The notes below the pieces were generated by a model. The model saw only the letters and a list, made by a program, of their open reading frames with translations, did no database searches and was not told the DNA's origin. A program made the translations under genes and the position numbers. DNA of 62,263 nucleotides, filler included, from Porpidia crustulata (Eukaryota): assembly GCA_964255105.1 (NCBI GenBank). It is 4 parts of 4 records of this genome, joined end to end, with 100 filler letters (N's around TTAATTAATTAA, not from the genome) between each part and the next. Parts side by side here need not be neighbours in the genome. Positions count along the whole stretch, not along the records: positions 1 to 15,512 come from CAXUWE010000304.1; positions 15,613 to 31,114 come from CAXUWE010000305.1; 2 more parts are not named here. One strand, given 5' to 3'. Shown here piece by piece: positions 13,243-24,884 of the stretch. Numbering within the stretch: position 1 is the stretch's first letter; each line of letters begins with the position of its first letter.

Positions 13243-14209
13243 ATGCCTCGTGCAACCAAAAAGAAGAAAGCAAAGACGAATACTAGAGCAGCCGATATTG
13301 ACATTTTGACGGATGCAAAGTCACAGCTTGCCCATGTCGACCTTGTTGTATGTTCCTTTACGATACCGGTACATCATCCTTTAGTAGGCGAGCCACTAAC
13401 GTTGCTTTAGCAATTCTTCGCTGACCCGGCTACTTGGGCTCACTTTGATGAGGACGACAAGGCCGTGATCCGCACTCTTATCCCCCAACATGTCCCTGTC
13501 GACACCGAAGGTTTGCCCACTAAAGACTACCTTAAGTATGATACCGACTTCCGCCAATCCGTACGCCTTTTCCAAACCGACCTTGCCGCCGGTCGCTTTG
13601 ATCCAGAATGGCAGCGTCAAGCCGCACAAGCCATGGAGGAACGTGCCAACGGTCAATTCGATGAGTGGAAATCACAGAATTTCGAGCAATTTTGGGGACA
13701 GAAGGCCGAGCCAGAAATACGTACCAAGCCAGATATGCGCGTCGGCAAAAAGGATGAGGGCCCTGGGACTGAATCTATACGCATTAGGTTGCACCACATG
13801 TTCCGTGGAGGGGTTTTCCAAGTCGGCGATGTGTGGAGTTGTGCGTGGCTCTTCGAAGATAAGGTGATTGGAAACACTCTGATTGAGAAAGAACTAGAGG
13901 TGGGTTGAACATCTGTCACACCACGCCGCTCAAGCAGCTAATGCATCCCAGATTGTCAGCATCGATTCCAAGAAAGGATTCGGTACCTTTGCCATTGCGT
14001 CTGGAGCTGCCAAGATCGTCAACGACCAGAATCGAGTTCGCTATGAAGCTAAGACACTCACAGACCTCGAGGGCAAGATCCTCGAAGTCGACAAGCGTGT
14101 GGCCCAAGGCAAAAGGCGGAAGTCGTGGAAGGATTTTCAATGCCATCGCAACGGAATGGATCTGGGCAGCATCTGGGACATGCGTGAGGTCTTTAATGCC
14201 TCTCAATGA
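13243..14209 (+). CDS. Asx-homology (ASXH/DEUBAD) domain protein (3 exons)
   Basis: YLKYDTDFRQSVRLFQTDLAAGRFDPEWQRQAAQAMEERANGQFDEWKSQNFEQFWGQK resembles fungal ASXH domains; last exon ends ...HRNGMDLGSIWDMREVFNASQ*. Confidence 0.78.
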
Positions 14210-14513
14210 GACGGACATCTCCAGCATTTCTTTCCTGTTCCTGATGCATATTATGATTTACTTTGTGACTGACGGAGATAGATACCCCCAGGGCGATGGA
14301 TTTAGCAAGGCGTTCGGTAGCTAGTAAATATCGTATGTCGATTAAGCCGAGTGTATCCTAGGAAGTAGGATTTTTCGGAAACAGACTCTAGGAAAATGGT
14401 GCTATTGATATTCCTTAATACAGCCAAATTCAATTTGTACCTATCACGCTATGAGGTCCATGTAACCCCTATACCTAGATAGTCAAATGCTTAGATCAAT
14501 TTGAGAAATCACC

Positions 14514-14768
14514 CACCAGGGGGTGCCATAAATCATTGGAGCATAAACGGCACATGGATTACCGACCGCATCAAGATTTCGAACTCAGTCAAATCACATA
14601 GAACAATCATAAATCCGAATTCTTAAGTCTACAATTGAAAGTCTTGTAGGCGAGTGTAGTATCAGACGTTTTCTGAATACACGCTCATAATTATGCCATA
14701 ATATTTTGTTGAGATTGAAGATACCTTAATAGCTCCCCGTGCTCCAATGACTTATGGCACCCCCTGTG
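14514..14768. mobile_element. Non-autonomous DNA transposon (MITE), copy 1
   Basis: 27-bp inverted repeats CAGGGGGTGCCATAA(A/G)TCATTGGAGCA at 14517-14543 and 14740-14766 (1 mismatch); AT-rich non-coding interior; ACC on both flanks. Confidence 0.8.
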
Positions 14769-15086
14769 ACCTTTGACAAAATATGTCCACAAGGCTTTGG
14801 CACTAAGAACATACAGCATATACTATGATATCCTACTTGACTTGCGTTCGTAGTCAGGCTAATGAAGGTCTTCGCCTCGTCTCCGAAGCATTTCTATAAT
14901 TCAAAGCAATATTCCCATTCTCGCCATTGTACTGGAGAAAGAAATATCTACTGTCATATTAAATCTTCTCGCGAGATAAGGTCAAAGAACGGTATCTACT
15001 GTCTCTTGGCCTTCCCAAGATATATTCTCACCAATTTCGATCATCGCGTCGCCGATTCTTCGGTCTTTTTGTCGCTGCCTTCCCGA

Positions 15087-15512
15087 ATGTCATTTCTTGC
15101 CTCCTCCGCAATTCCCTTCAAAGATGACAGAATCATCCCTACCCCACCGACGTATACACAACATCCTCTTGATCCAGAAACTCTTCGCCCTGCGCGATGG
15201 CGCCTCTCCTTTCACGCTTTTGCTCGATTCCGTAGAGCAATCCGCAAAGCCTCTGATAAGGCATTATATCCACAATGCCAAGGTTTGTCTCTCTTAGATT
15301 TTTGGACTTCTCGACGGTTTATGGATCCTTTGACTGAATTTGAGCAATTTGATAGACTGCGAAAATAAATATCATCTTCATCTCCTACGAGACCCTCGTC
15401 CCACCGTCAGGGGTTACGCACATCGCCAAAGCTCGACGGAAAACACCCGAGGCGGTGCAGAAAGAAGTCTCTAGCCTTTGCTCAAAAACGAAAAGTTGTT
15501 CCCCCTTCCCCT
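15087..15512 (+). CDS. Possible 5' fragment of a hypothetical gene cut by the contig end
   Basis: ATG 15087 gives MSFLASSAIPFKDDRIIPTPPTY..., followed by a candidate GTTTGT...TAG intron; no family recognised. Confidence 0.3.
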
Positions 15513-15612
15513 NNNNNNNNNNNNNNNNNNNNNNNNNNNNNNNNNNNNNNNNNNNNTTAATTAATTAANNNNNNNNNNNNNNNNNNNNNNNNNNNNNNNN
15601 NNNNNNNNNNNN
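15513..15612. other. Artificial contig-joining spacer
   Basis: 44 N + TTAATTAATTAA (stops in all six frames) + 44 N. Confidence 0.98.
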
Positions 15613-16537
15613 GTGGAGGAAGGAATCGCGCAGGGAGAGGGAGTCGGTGTAGTGGAAGGCGCGGAGGATGATCCAGATGGTTTCGTGGCGGCCTTTTTCG
15701 GCGAACAACTTGTTCAGGAGGAGCCATGCGGATTGGGAGAGGCCTTTTTCCGAGTGGACGAATGAAGGGGGGGATTTGGAAAGGATGGCTTGCTTGATGT
15801 TGGCGAGGTCGGAGGGACCGAGGGGTCTACCAAAGCATTTGGTTTGGAGGTCTTGCATTTCGTTATCGCTGAGATAGCCATCGTCGTCGCGATCGGAGAG
15901 GTAGAAGATTCTCTGAAGCGCGGTGATGCACGCGGGTTTGAGATTTGATTCTTTCGAGTCGAAGAGAGGAGCTATGGGGTCTGTGACTGCTTTTTGGCAG
16001 AGAAAGAAGACTTCGTTGATGTTGTGGTGTTCTCTTGCGCTTGTGCGAATGCACGAGTCAATCTCCTTGAACTCGGCCATTACCGGAAGCATCTCATCCT
16101 CCACGACTTGCTCTGTGTTCCCATTGGCGGCTAGGTCTGATTTATTCGCACAGAGTACAATGGGGACATTGACCCCCAAAGACCTGAAATGTGGAAGCCA
16201 GAAGAGCCCCACGCGCTCGTAGCTGTAATGGTCCGAGTATACCAGCAGGATGACGTTGGATTTGCGGATTTCTTTGTTCAGGCTCGTTCGCTCCTGGGGC
16301 AAGGCCGATGTATCAACAATTGTGGTGGTGACATTCTCTGGAGTCCCAATGCTGGGGGGAATTGTGATTTGTGGAAGGGTCGGTTGAATTTTGGTAGTAA
16401 CAAAGACATCCTTGACAAGGGATGCGATGATGGAGCTCTTTCCCACTTCAGCGTCACCGCAGACGCATATGCGCACTATTTCCGAGTTCAGCACTGCTCC
16501 TAAATTTGGAGTTTTGAGCTTGTTTACCAGTAGCCAT
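15613..16537 (-). CDS. GEM1: Mitochondrial Rho GTPase Gem1/Miro (5' part, truncated at contig end)
   Basis: [18 protein letters not shown] after a short GT-AG intron; [15 protein letters not shown]-hand [23 protein letters not shown]. Confidence 0.95.
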
Positions 16538-16965
16538 TCTTTCTGGGCATCCCTCTTTGTATTAGCTACAGAAGAACGGTCTGAACTGATCAGGACGGAC
16601 TCCGTACACCATCTCTCCTCCAAGTATCGCAGTCGGCCAGGAAAACGCTATTCTCAAATGGATGATTCTTGATCAGGCAATAGCTTTGAGCTACCGCATC
16701 GTAGTACGCGAAGGTTTCCTAAGTAAGGCCCCTAAAACCCGGGGGACGGGTACCCCGGAAGTGGCAGCAAGCTAGCTTAGAGGGTCCCCACAATACACGT
16801 GGATTCGAGTCGGCCTTCTATGCTCATTATACCCGCATGATCTTTGATTGGCGCACTGAATGCACAACAATATATTCTTAAGGTGCTGTGTGATGGTAGG
16901 TGGTTGTTATCAAGTATAGCACGTTTCGTGGTACCTGCAGCCTGCAGGGCCAGGCCAACGCCATC

Positions 16966-19226
16966 ATGTTGTGAGCTTGCACAGAAACTATTCTAGCAGA
17001 CCAATCATGATTCCCGCCGGCGCTGATAACAGATATGTAGTGTCCTTCCTCCACCACCCCGTTTCCCTATACAAAATGCCTCCAATGCTGTCGCAGGAGG
17101 TATGGCCATCCCGATCAGCGAACTTCATAACATCATCAGTCACCCAAATAGCTCAGAATATCAACTTTCTGCTGGTGAAGGTCTTTAGCCTTTTACTCTT
17201 GGTCGACCTACGAATACCCCAGCTGACAGATACTGCCAGGAACCTACGTCCTACGAGATAGTATCCACCTTGCGACGCCTCCACCACACCCTTCAGAGGC
17301 TCCCTCCACCAATCTGAACCCTCTCGCAACAACTCCAGCGCCTCCGACCACTGGAGTAAAACTCTCGCTCGCTATACTCAGTCCGCAAAGAGAAACCCCA
17401 CAACTCTACAGAGTCAATGTCTCGTCCAGCACGAGATCAAACCTGGCTACTTATAGCATCAAGGAAAGCGAAAAAGAGTCGCGGACTTCGAACGATACAA
17501 GTAGCGATGGAGTCGCCTCGCAATCTCATCCCAGCCCTCAAGGAAAAGCGCCAGCGTTCGGTGAAGATAATTCATTTTTAGCTCCCACAGGCGGTAAGGA
17601 GAATCTAAAGAGGAGGAAACCAAAGACAAGCCTTGTCAAGAGTAACTCTTCATACATATCCCGGGTGATTCCTCACGATTCGATGAGTAAGCGTGTACAA
17701 GATCATAATCCTGAAGGCCTTTACGTGTTTGCGAATCTCGACAGGGCTTTTCAATGGCTGGACCTTTCGGCCACAACATTCTCCAAGGTAGCTATGGTTC
17801 CCCAATGCCCGATTGTAGGCAGCTAATCACTATCAGGCCGAACATATAGTGAAAATATTGTTCGCTAAAGCACATGTTCTTTGCCATGATATCAATCTTT
17901 TCACCAAAAGCCCCGGTCATCTCGACGTTATTATGGGAACTTCATCCGGCGACATCATGTGGTTCGAGGCCCTCACGCAGAAGTATAATCGCATAAATAA
18001 GAATGTACGTGGCATTGTACTATAGACCATGGCGTAGCTAATCAAATATAGAACGTTATAAGTATATCGCCAATATGTCAAATCCGATGGCTGCCCGGTT
18101 CCGAGAATTTGTTCTTGGCAGCTCATCTGGATGGTACTCTCATTGTGTATGACAAAGAACGCGATGATGCGCTTTTTGTACCTGAAGACGATGCTCCTCG
18201 GCTTAGTGAAAGCAACGGGTACGATGCAGAGCATCAACCATTACATATACGTAAGTCTGTAAATTCTAAAAATCAAAAGACAAATCCCGTTTCCTCATGG
18301 ACAATTTCCAACCATCAAATCAACGACTTCGCGTTTTCACCAGACAGCCGGCATCTCGCTGTTGTCTCTGAAGATGGCTCCTTGAGGATTATCAACTACC
18401 TGCAAGAACAGTAAGTGATGTATCTGGCATAGGTAACTGTTGAGTGTTTGCTAAGTCTCTACTGACAGACTCACGGACCTTTACTCGAGCTATTACGGAG
18501 GCTTCATGTGTGTTTGCTGGTCTCCGGATGGTAAATATATCCTGACTGGAGGCCAGGACGACCTAGTATCAATATGGTCACTTGCTGAACGTCGACTGGT
18601 TGCCCGGTGCCCGGGTCACCATTCATGGGTCACGGCTGTTGCCTTCGATACGTGGAGATGCGATGACCGAAACTACCGGTTTGGAAGCGTTGGCGAGGAC
18701 CGAAGGCTTCTCCTGTGGGATTTCAACGTAGGAATGCTGCATCGTCCGAAAGCGGTATGCGCCATCTCTATCTACTTCAAGTATTGCTGGAGCAAATTCA
18801 TAGATGCTGACACGTCAAGGCTTCTGTCCGACAGCGAGGGAGTATTTCATCGCATGCTGCCTTGCCACGGCATCGTACGGAAAGCCAAGCGACTTTGCGA
18901 TTGCGCTCAAATTCCAATTCAACATCTCACACCATGGATGATAATGATATGATCGAACATCCCGTCGAATCGAGAACTCGAACGGCGGAGTTACCACCTG
19001 TCATGGTAAGTTTTACACTTCTATAGTAGATTATAAAAATCCTAATGAGAAGTGCTTTTAGTCGAAAATTGTCGATGATGATCCGATGAGCTGGATCGGC
19101 TTTGAAGAGGATTGTATTATCACTGCTTGTGCCCATGGCCATGTACGTACATGGAATAGGCCAGAGGAAGGTGTGAACAGCAGCCAGATAGATTTGTCTG
19201 GAGCGACAAACAACCTGTTAAGATGA
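16966..19226 (+). CDS. creC: WD40 catabolite-repression protein CreC (WDR20-like), multi-exon
   Basis: [58 protein letters not shown] repeats [15 protein letters not shown] and [31 protein letters not shown]. Confidence 0.9.
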
Positions 19227-20159
19227 TTATTGTAACTATGCCAATGCTAACACCATTTGAGGATATTGCACAGCTGTTCCATAATTTCGTGTCAGGGCTT
19301 GACCATACCCGCCTTTTAAAATTCTAGGAGATCAAAAGAGCTGGTATATGTTTTCGATTTAATTCTTTCGAAGCGTCGATTGTGCTCCATCACTGAATTA
19401 GCGAATAACAAATTTTCTTCTTGGCATTGCCATGTTTGGAAGAAAATCGGAAATGGTTAATAAACTTCTCGGTGCCACTTCGGCGGCAAAAATAACGCCT
19501 CACCTTTATCGTTCTCTTCCTCTAGCTCCGGCACGTGGCTCTGAATCATTGTTTCTACTTAGCTAAGTATCAATCCGATAAGACAGGGAAAAATTGATCA
19601 GTCATAATTTCCAGCAAGACACAGGATACAGATTTAATCAGCAGAAATTCGGTCAACATGCCGCAACCGGCATGGCCGTTCCTAGTTTTGGTTTCCAGTC
19701 TTTATTCTTCAGTGCCCAGCCCAATCGGTACAAGGCAGTTTTCCGAATTCTGGTCAGCCTGAGAGCTGTTCACGTTCGAAATGTCGCCATCTTTCCACAT
19801 CGGCGTGCTGCAGTATATCGTTTGTTACACGAAACAGCGGTGGGTGAGCACAGCCGTTCAGCTGCAGGGTTTACTGGCGTCCGGGGGAAGGTTGGCCGAT
19901 TTTCTCCTGCAAAATGCGCGTCAAACGGATAAGGTACAACCGACTAGTGCGTGCCAGGGTATGATATACTTTGCATGCATTCTTACCTTACTTTACTCTC
20001 CTACATCATGGAAAAGTATCAAACTTTCTGACACAGCATCACAAGCAATTATTTATCAGCATTGCATATCAAGACCCCGCAGTACCCCCCGAATACCACA
20101 TTTCTTTTACTATCCAGCACTTTCCGCAATGAGAGCGCATAGCAAACGACTCAAGACCC

Positions 20160-22098
20160 ATGGCTTCCAAAATCTTTGGTAGTAACAGCAGAGAGTCTAG
20201 TTGCGTCAAATATTTTGAAATCAGGTAGGTGTGTCCGCTCTGTTGGTCGTGGCACCTCTGCCTTGCAGGCCAATCCGATTCCTTACTGATTTCATGCTGC
20301 AAGACTAGACTCAAGCAACATTATCCTTCGAGGAAACGAAGATGAGGCACCAAGCAGCGTCCTTAGAGGTACGCTGGTCCTATGCCTGTCGGATTCTATT
20401 CGTGTTCAGAGTATCAAACTGCGCTTTACGGGTGAGAAACGAGTTTGGTCAGTACCAGATTTATCTTGTTGATCTAGGTCTCGGCTAAGCGGATTGCAGT
20501 TGGTGCGAATACAATCGCCCGCAACAGCCAGTGAAAGAGGAAGAGGAGTTCATCCGCCATAATTGGGAGTTCATGAGTTCAGCAAAGCGAATGGGCGAGA
20601 GCCTTGCGGCGGGGAACTACGAATGGCCGTTTGAAATGATCCTTCCCGGGAAAACACCAGAAAGTATCGAGGGGCTACCCGAGAGCTGGGTCATATATCG
20701 GATGAAGGCCAAGATTGAGCGAGGCCTGCTTCAGCAGAACGCGGTGGCCAGGCGGCATGTTCGGGTCGTCAGGACACTTGATCTTAGTTCTCTGGAGCTT
20801 GTCCATGAAATGGTAGGCGCCCATGTCCAAGACCCAGACCGTACACTGACGCAGCATAGTCTGTTGAAAACATCTGGACGAATAAGCTTGACTACTCGCT
20901 TAGCACGCCGACGAAAGGTGTAATTTTTGGGACTACCGTCAGGGTGGACTTTAAATTGATACCTCTGTTGAAAGGATTGAGGATTGGGAAAGTCACAACA
21001 ATGCTCAGTGAAACGCTAGAGCTAAAGGCCGATATAAGTCCTAGAATTCACCAACGCCGCAGATCTAGTCATACTGTTGCCGAGGACGTTTACACGCTCC
21101 CTGAAGATACGGAAGCTCAGGACATTGATGGTGCGGAGGGATACCGATTCTCAAGATCTTTGACGATACCGAGGAATTTACGACAATGCATTCAGACAGT
21201 GGATACCATGGGGATCAGGGCTAAGCACTCGTTGGTACTTAATGTTCAAATGCACAATCCGGATTCGCATGTCTCTGAGGTAATCTTTCTCTTCTCGAAA
21301 TGTGTTGCTTCTAGTGCTAAAGAACAAAAGCTGCACGCCACTTTGCCTGTCCTAATAATCCTTTCTCCCAACATGCCAATTGATGAGAACAACAACCTGA
21401 TCAACCAAGGCTCTCAGACGGTTACCACCGAATCATTTGCTGGTGCACCGCCGATGTATGGAGAACATCAATTTGACCAGCTTTACAGTGAGGTCGATCC
21501 GAGCGGTTACATGACTCCCGCTGGGGGAGTCAGCGGAATTGCTACGCCTTTCTATTCGCAGAGTACAAGCGCATCTTCTGAGAATCTGACTTCGATGGAT
21601 AGGGTGGCAGCTGGCAATTTTGCCCCGAATGTTCTGCAGCATCGCCTAAATAACCTTGAGATTGCGGAAGCGAGCCGGTTCACGAGGGATCGGTCACATG
21701 CCCTGGCGTCTGGTGATATAACACCCGAGTCTGGGCCTCAAGAACCTGGAAGAGGAGAGGACGTACCCCAAAGTCAGTTCTCTGGACGAAGTTACTTTGA
21801 TGATCCGACGAATGGCACAAGTCGACGATCTCACAGTACGCCTATATCGCGACGAGTCTCGGAAGAAGATCCATGGGCCACCATACCTCAACATATTGAA
21901 TTTAGCGCTGCCGAGATGTCCAAGGTGCCGAGCTACTCAACCGCGCTGCAATCACGGGCGACGCCAATCAACGCCAATTTGCCAAATTATCAAGTAGCCA
22001 TCACGACACCAATACCGTCGCCTCCTTTACCGCGTGACTTGAGTCAAGTACATCTTTCCGACCGCGCCCATAGGGAGGACCTGCAAAGGGCCTCATAA
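20160..22098 (+). CDS. creD: Alpha-arrestin, HECT ligase adaptor CreD (Rod1/Art4-like)
   Basis: VKYFEIR|LDSSNIILRGNEDEA...LRGTLVLCL; GNYEWPFEMILPGKTPESIEGL; PY-type motifs PPMYGEH, VPSYSTA and LPNY. Confidence 0.88.
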
Positions 22099-22440
22099 AA
22101 AATGTCTGAAGGGTTCAAGTAACATTAGCATGGGCGTAGGAATTCGACTTAGCTGCATTGGACAAAGGGTTTAACCTTTTCGGTTTCTTGGAGTTGCAAC
22201 GTGGGATTACACGGAGAGATTCCCACATTGCGTTTTGGTTTTAGAATCCACCTGAATGTAATTCTATATGTGGCTGTGCATTCTGCTGGTCTGCGGTACC
22301 ACTTGAGGCCATCACTAGTCCATGCATCATGACGTAGTAGCTCTGATAAACCACATACCCAACTATGGCTTGAAAACCACAATCTCAGCTCATATAGTTC
22401 ATATTTCGCACGCAAACCGACTAATTTGTAAAGTACTATA

Positions 22441-22470
22441 CAGCAACGACAACAACAACAACAACAGCAG
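22441..22470 (+). repeat. (CAA/CAG)n trinucleotide microsatellite
   Basis: cagcaacgacaacaacaacaacaacagcag, ending 15 bp upstream of ATG 22486. Confidence 0.7.
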
Positions 22471-22485
22471 GACAGCTTTCTTACC

Positions 22486-24132
22486 ATGACCACCAAACTT
22501 GCTGACCGCAGAGCAGGCGGTTCAGTGTCGGACGATGAAGCCGTTCCAGACAACGACCCTAGTAATGTACAGCTCGCTCTGATAGAACTTCATCGGCTCA
22601 CGACTGACAGCTCCTAGACCTCTGGCCTACTACTTGAGCGACTGCAAGCCTACAAGCACGCTTGTGGTTATCTCGAAAACTATATCGTTGCTACCGAGAA
22701 GGTGGAGAAGGCACATGCCAAGGAGTACGAGAAGGTTCTGAAGGTAACGAAGCTCTTGAATCGGAGCTCGAGGGGGTAGTGTTTAATACTCTATCAGACC
22801 GTCTCTGATCCTTTGAAAGAAGGGCATCATTTTGATCAAAGCTTGGGCGGAATTGCGGGGCTTTTTGAGAATATTCGCTCCAACACTCATGTGAGTACAG
22901 GAGAAGAGAGCCCTTTTTGAGCTAGCACTAAATATCTACAGGGGATCGCCAATTCACACCTCGAGACAGAGAAAGCTATCAAGGGATCGGTACTACCGAT
23001 CCTCGACCGTCTTCACTCAGAAATCAAAAACAAACACAAGGAGCTGTCTAAGGGTGCTGTGAAAGGAACGAAGAACGTAGAAGTATCCAGGAATGAGACG
23101 CAAAATTTTATCGAGCTACTAGGTCAGCACACGGCGGGTTTCTCAGCCTCCGGCGGCAGGCTGGATTCCTCTGATGATCCCTACATCGTCCAGCGTCGTG
23201 TCAATCATCGCCTCAACAAGCAAGTTATTGAAGAAAACAACTCTCGTGAAGATCTCCTAGTGGTGCAAAATTCGTTCCAGCAATTTGAGGGCCATGTCAT
23301 CAGCACAATGCAACAAGCATTGTCTTCCTTCCTACAACATGTTGGCGGGCAAGCTGAACGTCAGAGAGCGATGTACTCGGACATGATCTCCACCGCTCAA
23401 CGGATTCCTCCGAATTTTGAATTCCAGGGCTTCATCAAACGCAACGGTAATCTCCTTGTGGATCCCTCTATTCCGAAACGAACGGTATCAAATATCTCCT
23501 TCCCCAATCGGGGTCATGCTGCGACGAAACCACTCATCGCAGGCCTGCTGGAACGTAAAACCAAAGGGCTTGGCTCGATCAAGGGATACAATACCGGCTA
23601 CTATGTAGTAACACCTAGCAAGTACGTTCACGAATTCAAGGATGATGACGACTACCGTAAAGATCCAACGCCAGAGATGTCACTCTTCCTTCCTGACTGC
23701 ATCATCGGTGCGGTCAATGGAGACTTGTTCAACATCAAGGGCAAAGACGTCTCCAAGGGAAAGGTTGGAAGTGCACTGGCGACTAGCCATGAATTCACAT
23801 TCAAAGCCCGCTCTCCCGCTGATGCCCAATGCTGGTGGGAAGTGGTCCGTGAAGCAGTTGGTGCCGGCAATGTTAGTGGAGAAATGGCGACATCATCGCC
23901 GTCGAGTCCTGTGGAAAGTAGGAATGTGTCCGGACAGCACCCTCCAGCATATAAGGAGACGGCTGTTGCACCTATAGAGACTCGGGGGTTGCCTCATGGA
24001 CAGGGGCAGCCGAGTGCAGGGGCAGTGCCAAACTCCGCAGGCGGTCTACACAGTGCAGGTGCTGGAGTGAGCCCGGCAACTGGGGCGCCGGCCGGTACGT
24101 CAGGGCTTGATAAGGCACCTGGTCAGTACTGA
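22486..24132 (+). CDS. Slm1-like BAR/PH-domain phosphoinositide-binding protein (4 exons)
   Basis: LLERLQAYKHACGYLENY, PLKEGHHFDQSLGG and DPYIVQRRVNHRL; PH domain GLLERKTK...GYYVVTPSKYVHEFKD...FKARSPADAQCWW. Confidence 0.82.
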
Positions 24133-24884
24133 GGTAGCTCATGCGCATCCAAGGGCATTAAAAGGGATGTTTAAGCATTGGAGCGAGGGCATCGTTTATC
24201 AAGCATAGCAGGAGAATAAAGTTATATAATGCGGCCCACAATATTTTTCATCGTTCTTCGTGTACATACTCCTGACTCGCAGACTGACTAGCAGAGAGGG
24301 AATGAAGAGCATTTAATCACATATTCATAAATCTAGTGCAACGATGGCGTTTTTTTGATTGATCGTATCAGATTAGATAGATGGAAGATAAAATCACAGA
24401 TTGAATAAAGACCACCCCCGGGGCATCCACGCACCTACTTAAGTGGCATGTTTCACAAGCTAATAATTAATGTATCACACTCTTAAAGCCTCGGGGCGAA
24501 ATGGAAGAACCCTTCAACCCCTGTCATCCACCACCCACCAATCCACTCACCCACATTCAACTTTAGCCCGGAAGACGGAATAGGGTTCAAGAAACTCCCA
24601 TGCTACTGTACCTACTCGTTCTCCCTCTACTTTACTATCGCTCGTCACAATACCATTAGACCTCAAGATACATTGCCTAGGCGGAAATGCGCATTGGGGG
24701 TCATTCTTCCATTTTGTACATTGGGATTGTATTAAATTCACAAATAATGATTGACTCTGGCGTTCGGATGCTCGGATTCTAATGCCACCACTCTCTCTAT
24801 TCCGGTCCCACCTGAAAGGCTCTGTGTGACATCAAAGCCCACAAGCGATTCATTTCAGCCTCTGAATGAAACGAACGATCCCCC

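Noticed and set aside
15557..15568. TTAATTAATTAA palindrome recurring about every 15.6 kb
   Set aside because: Synthetic six-frame stop linker embedded in N runs; not biological.
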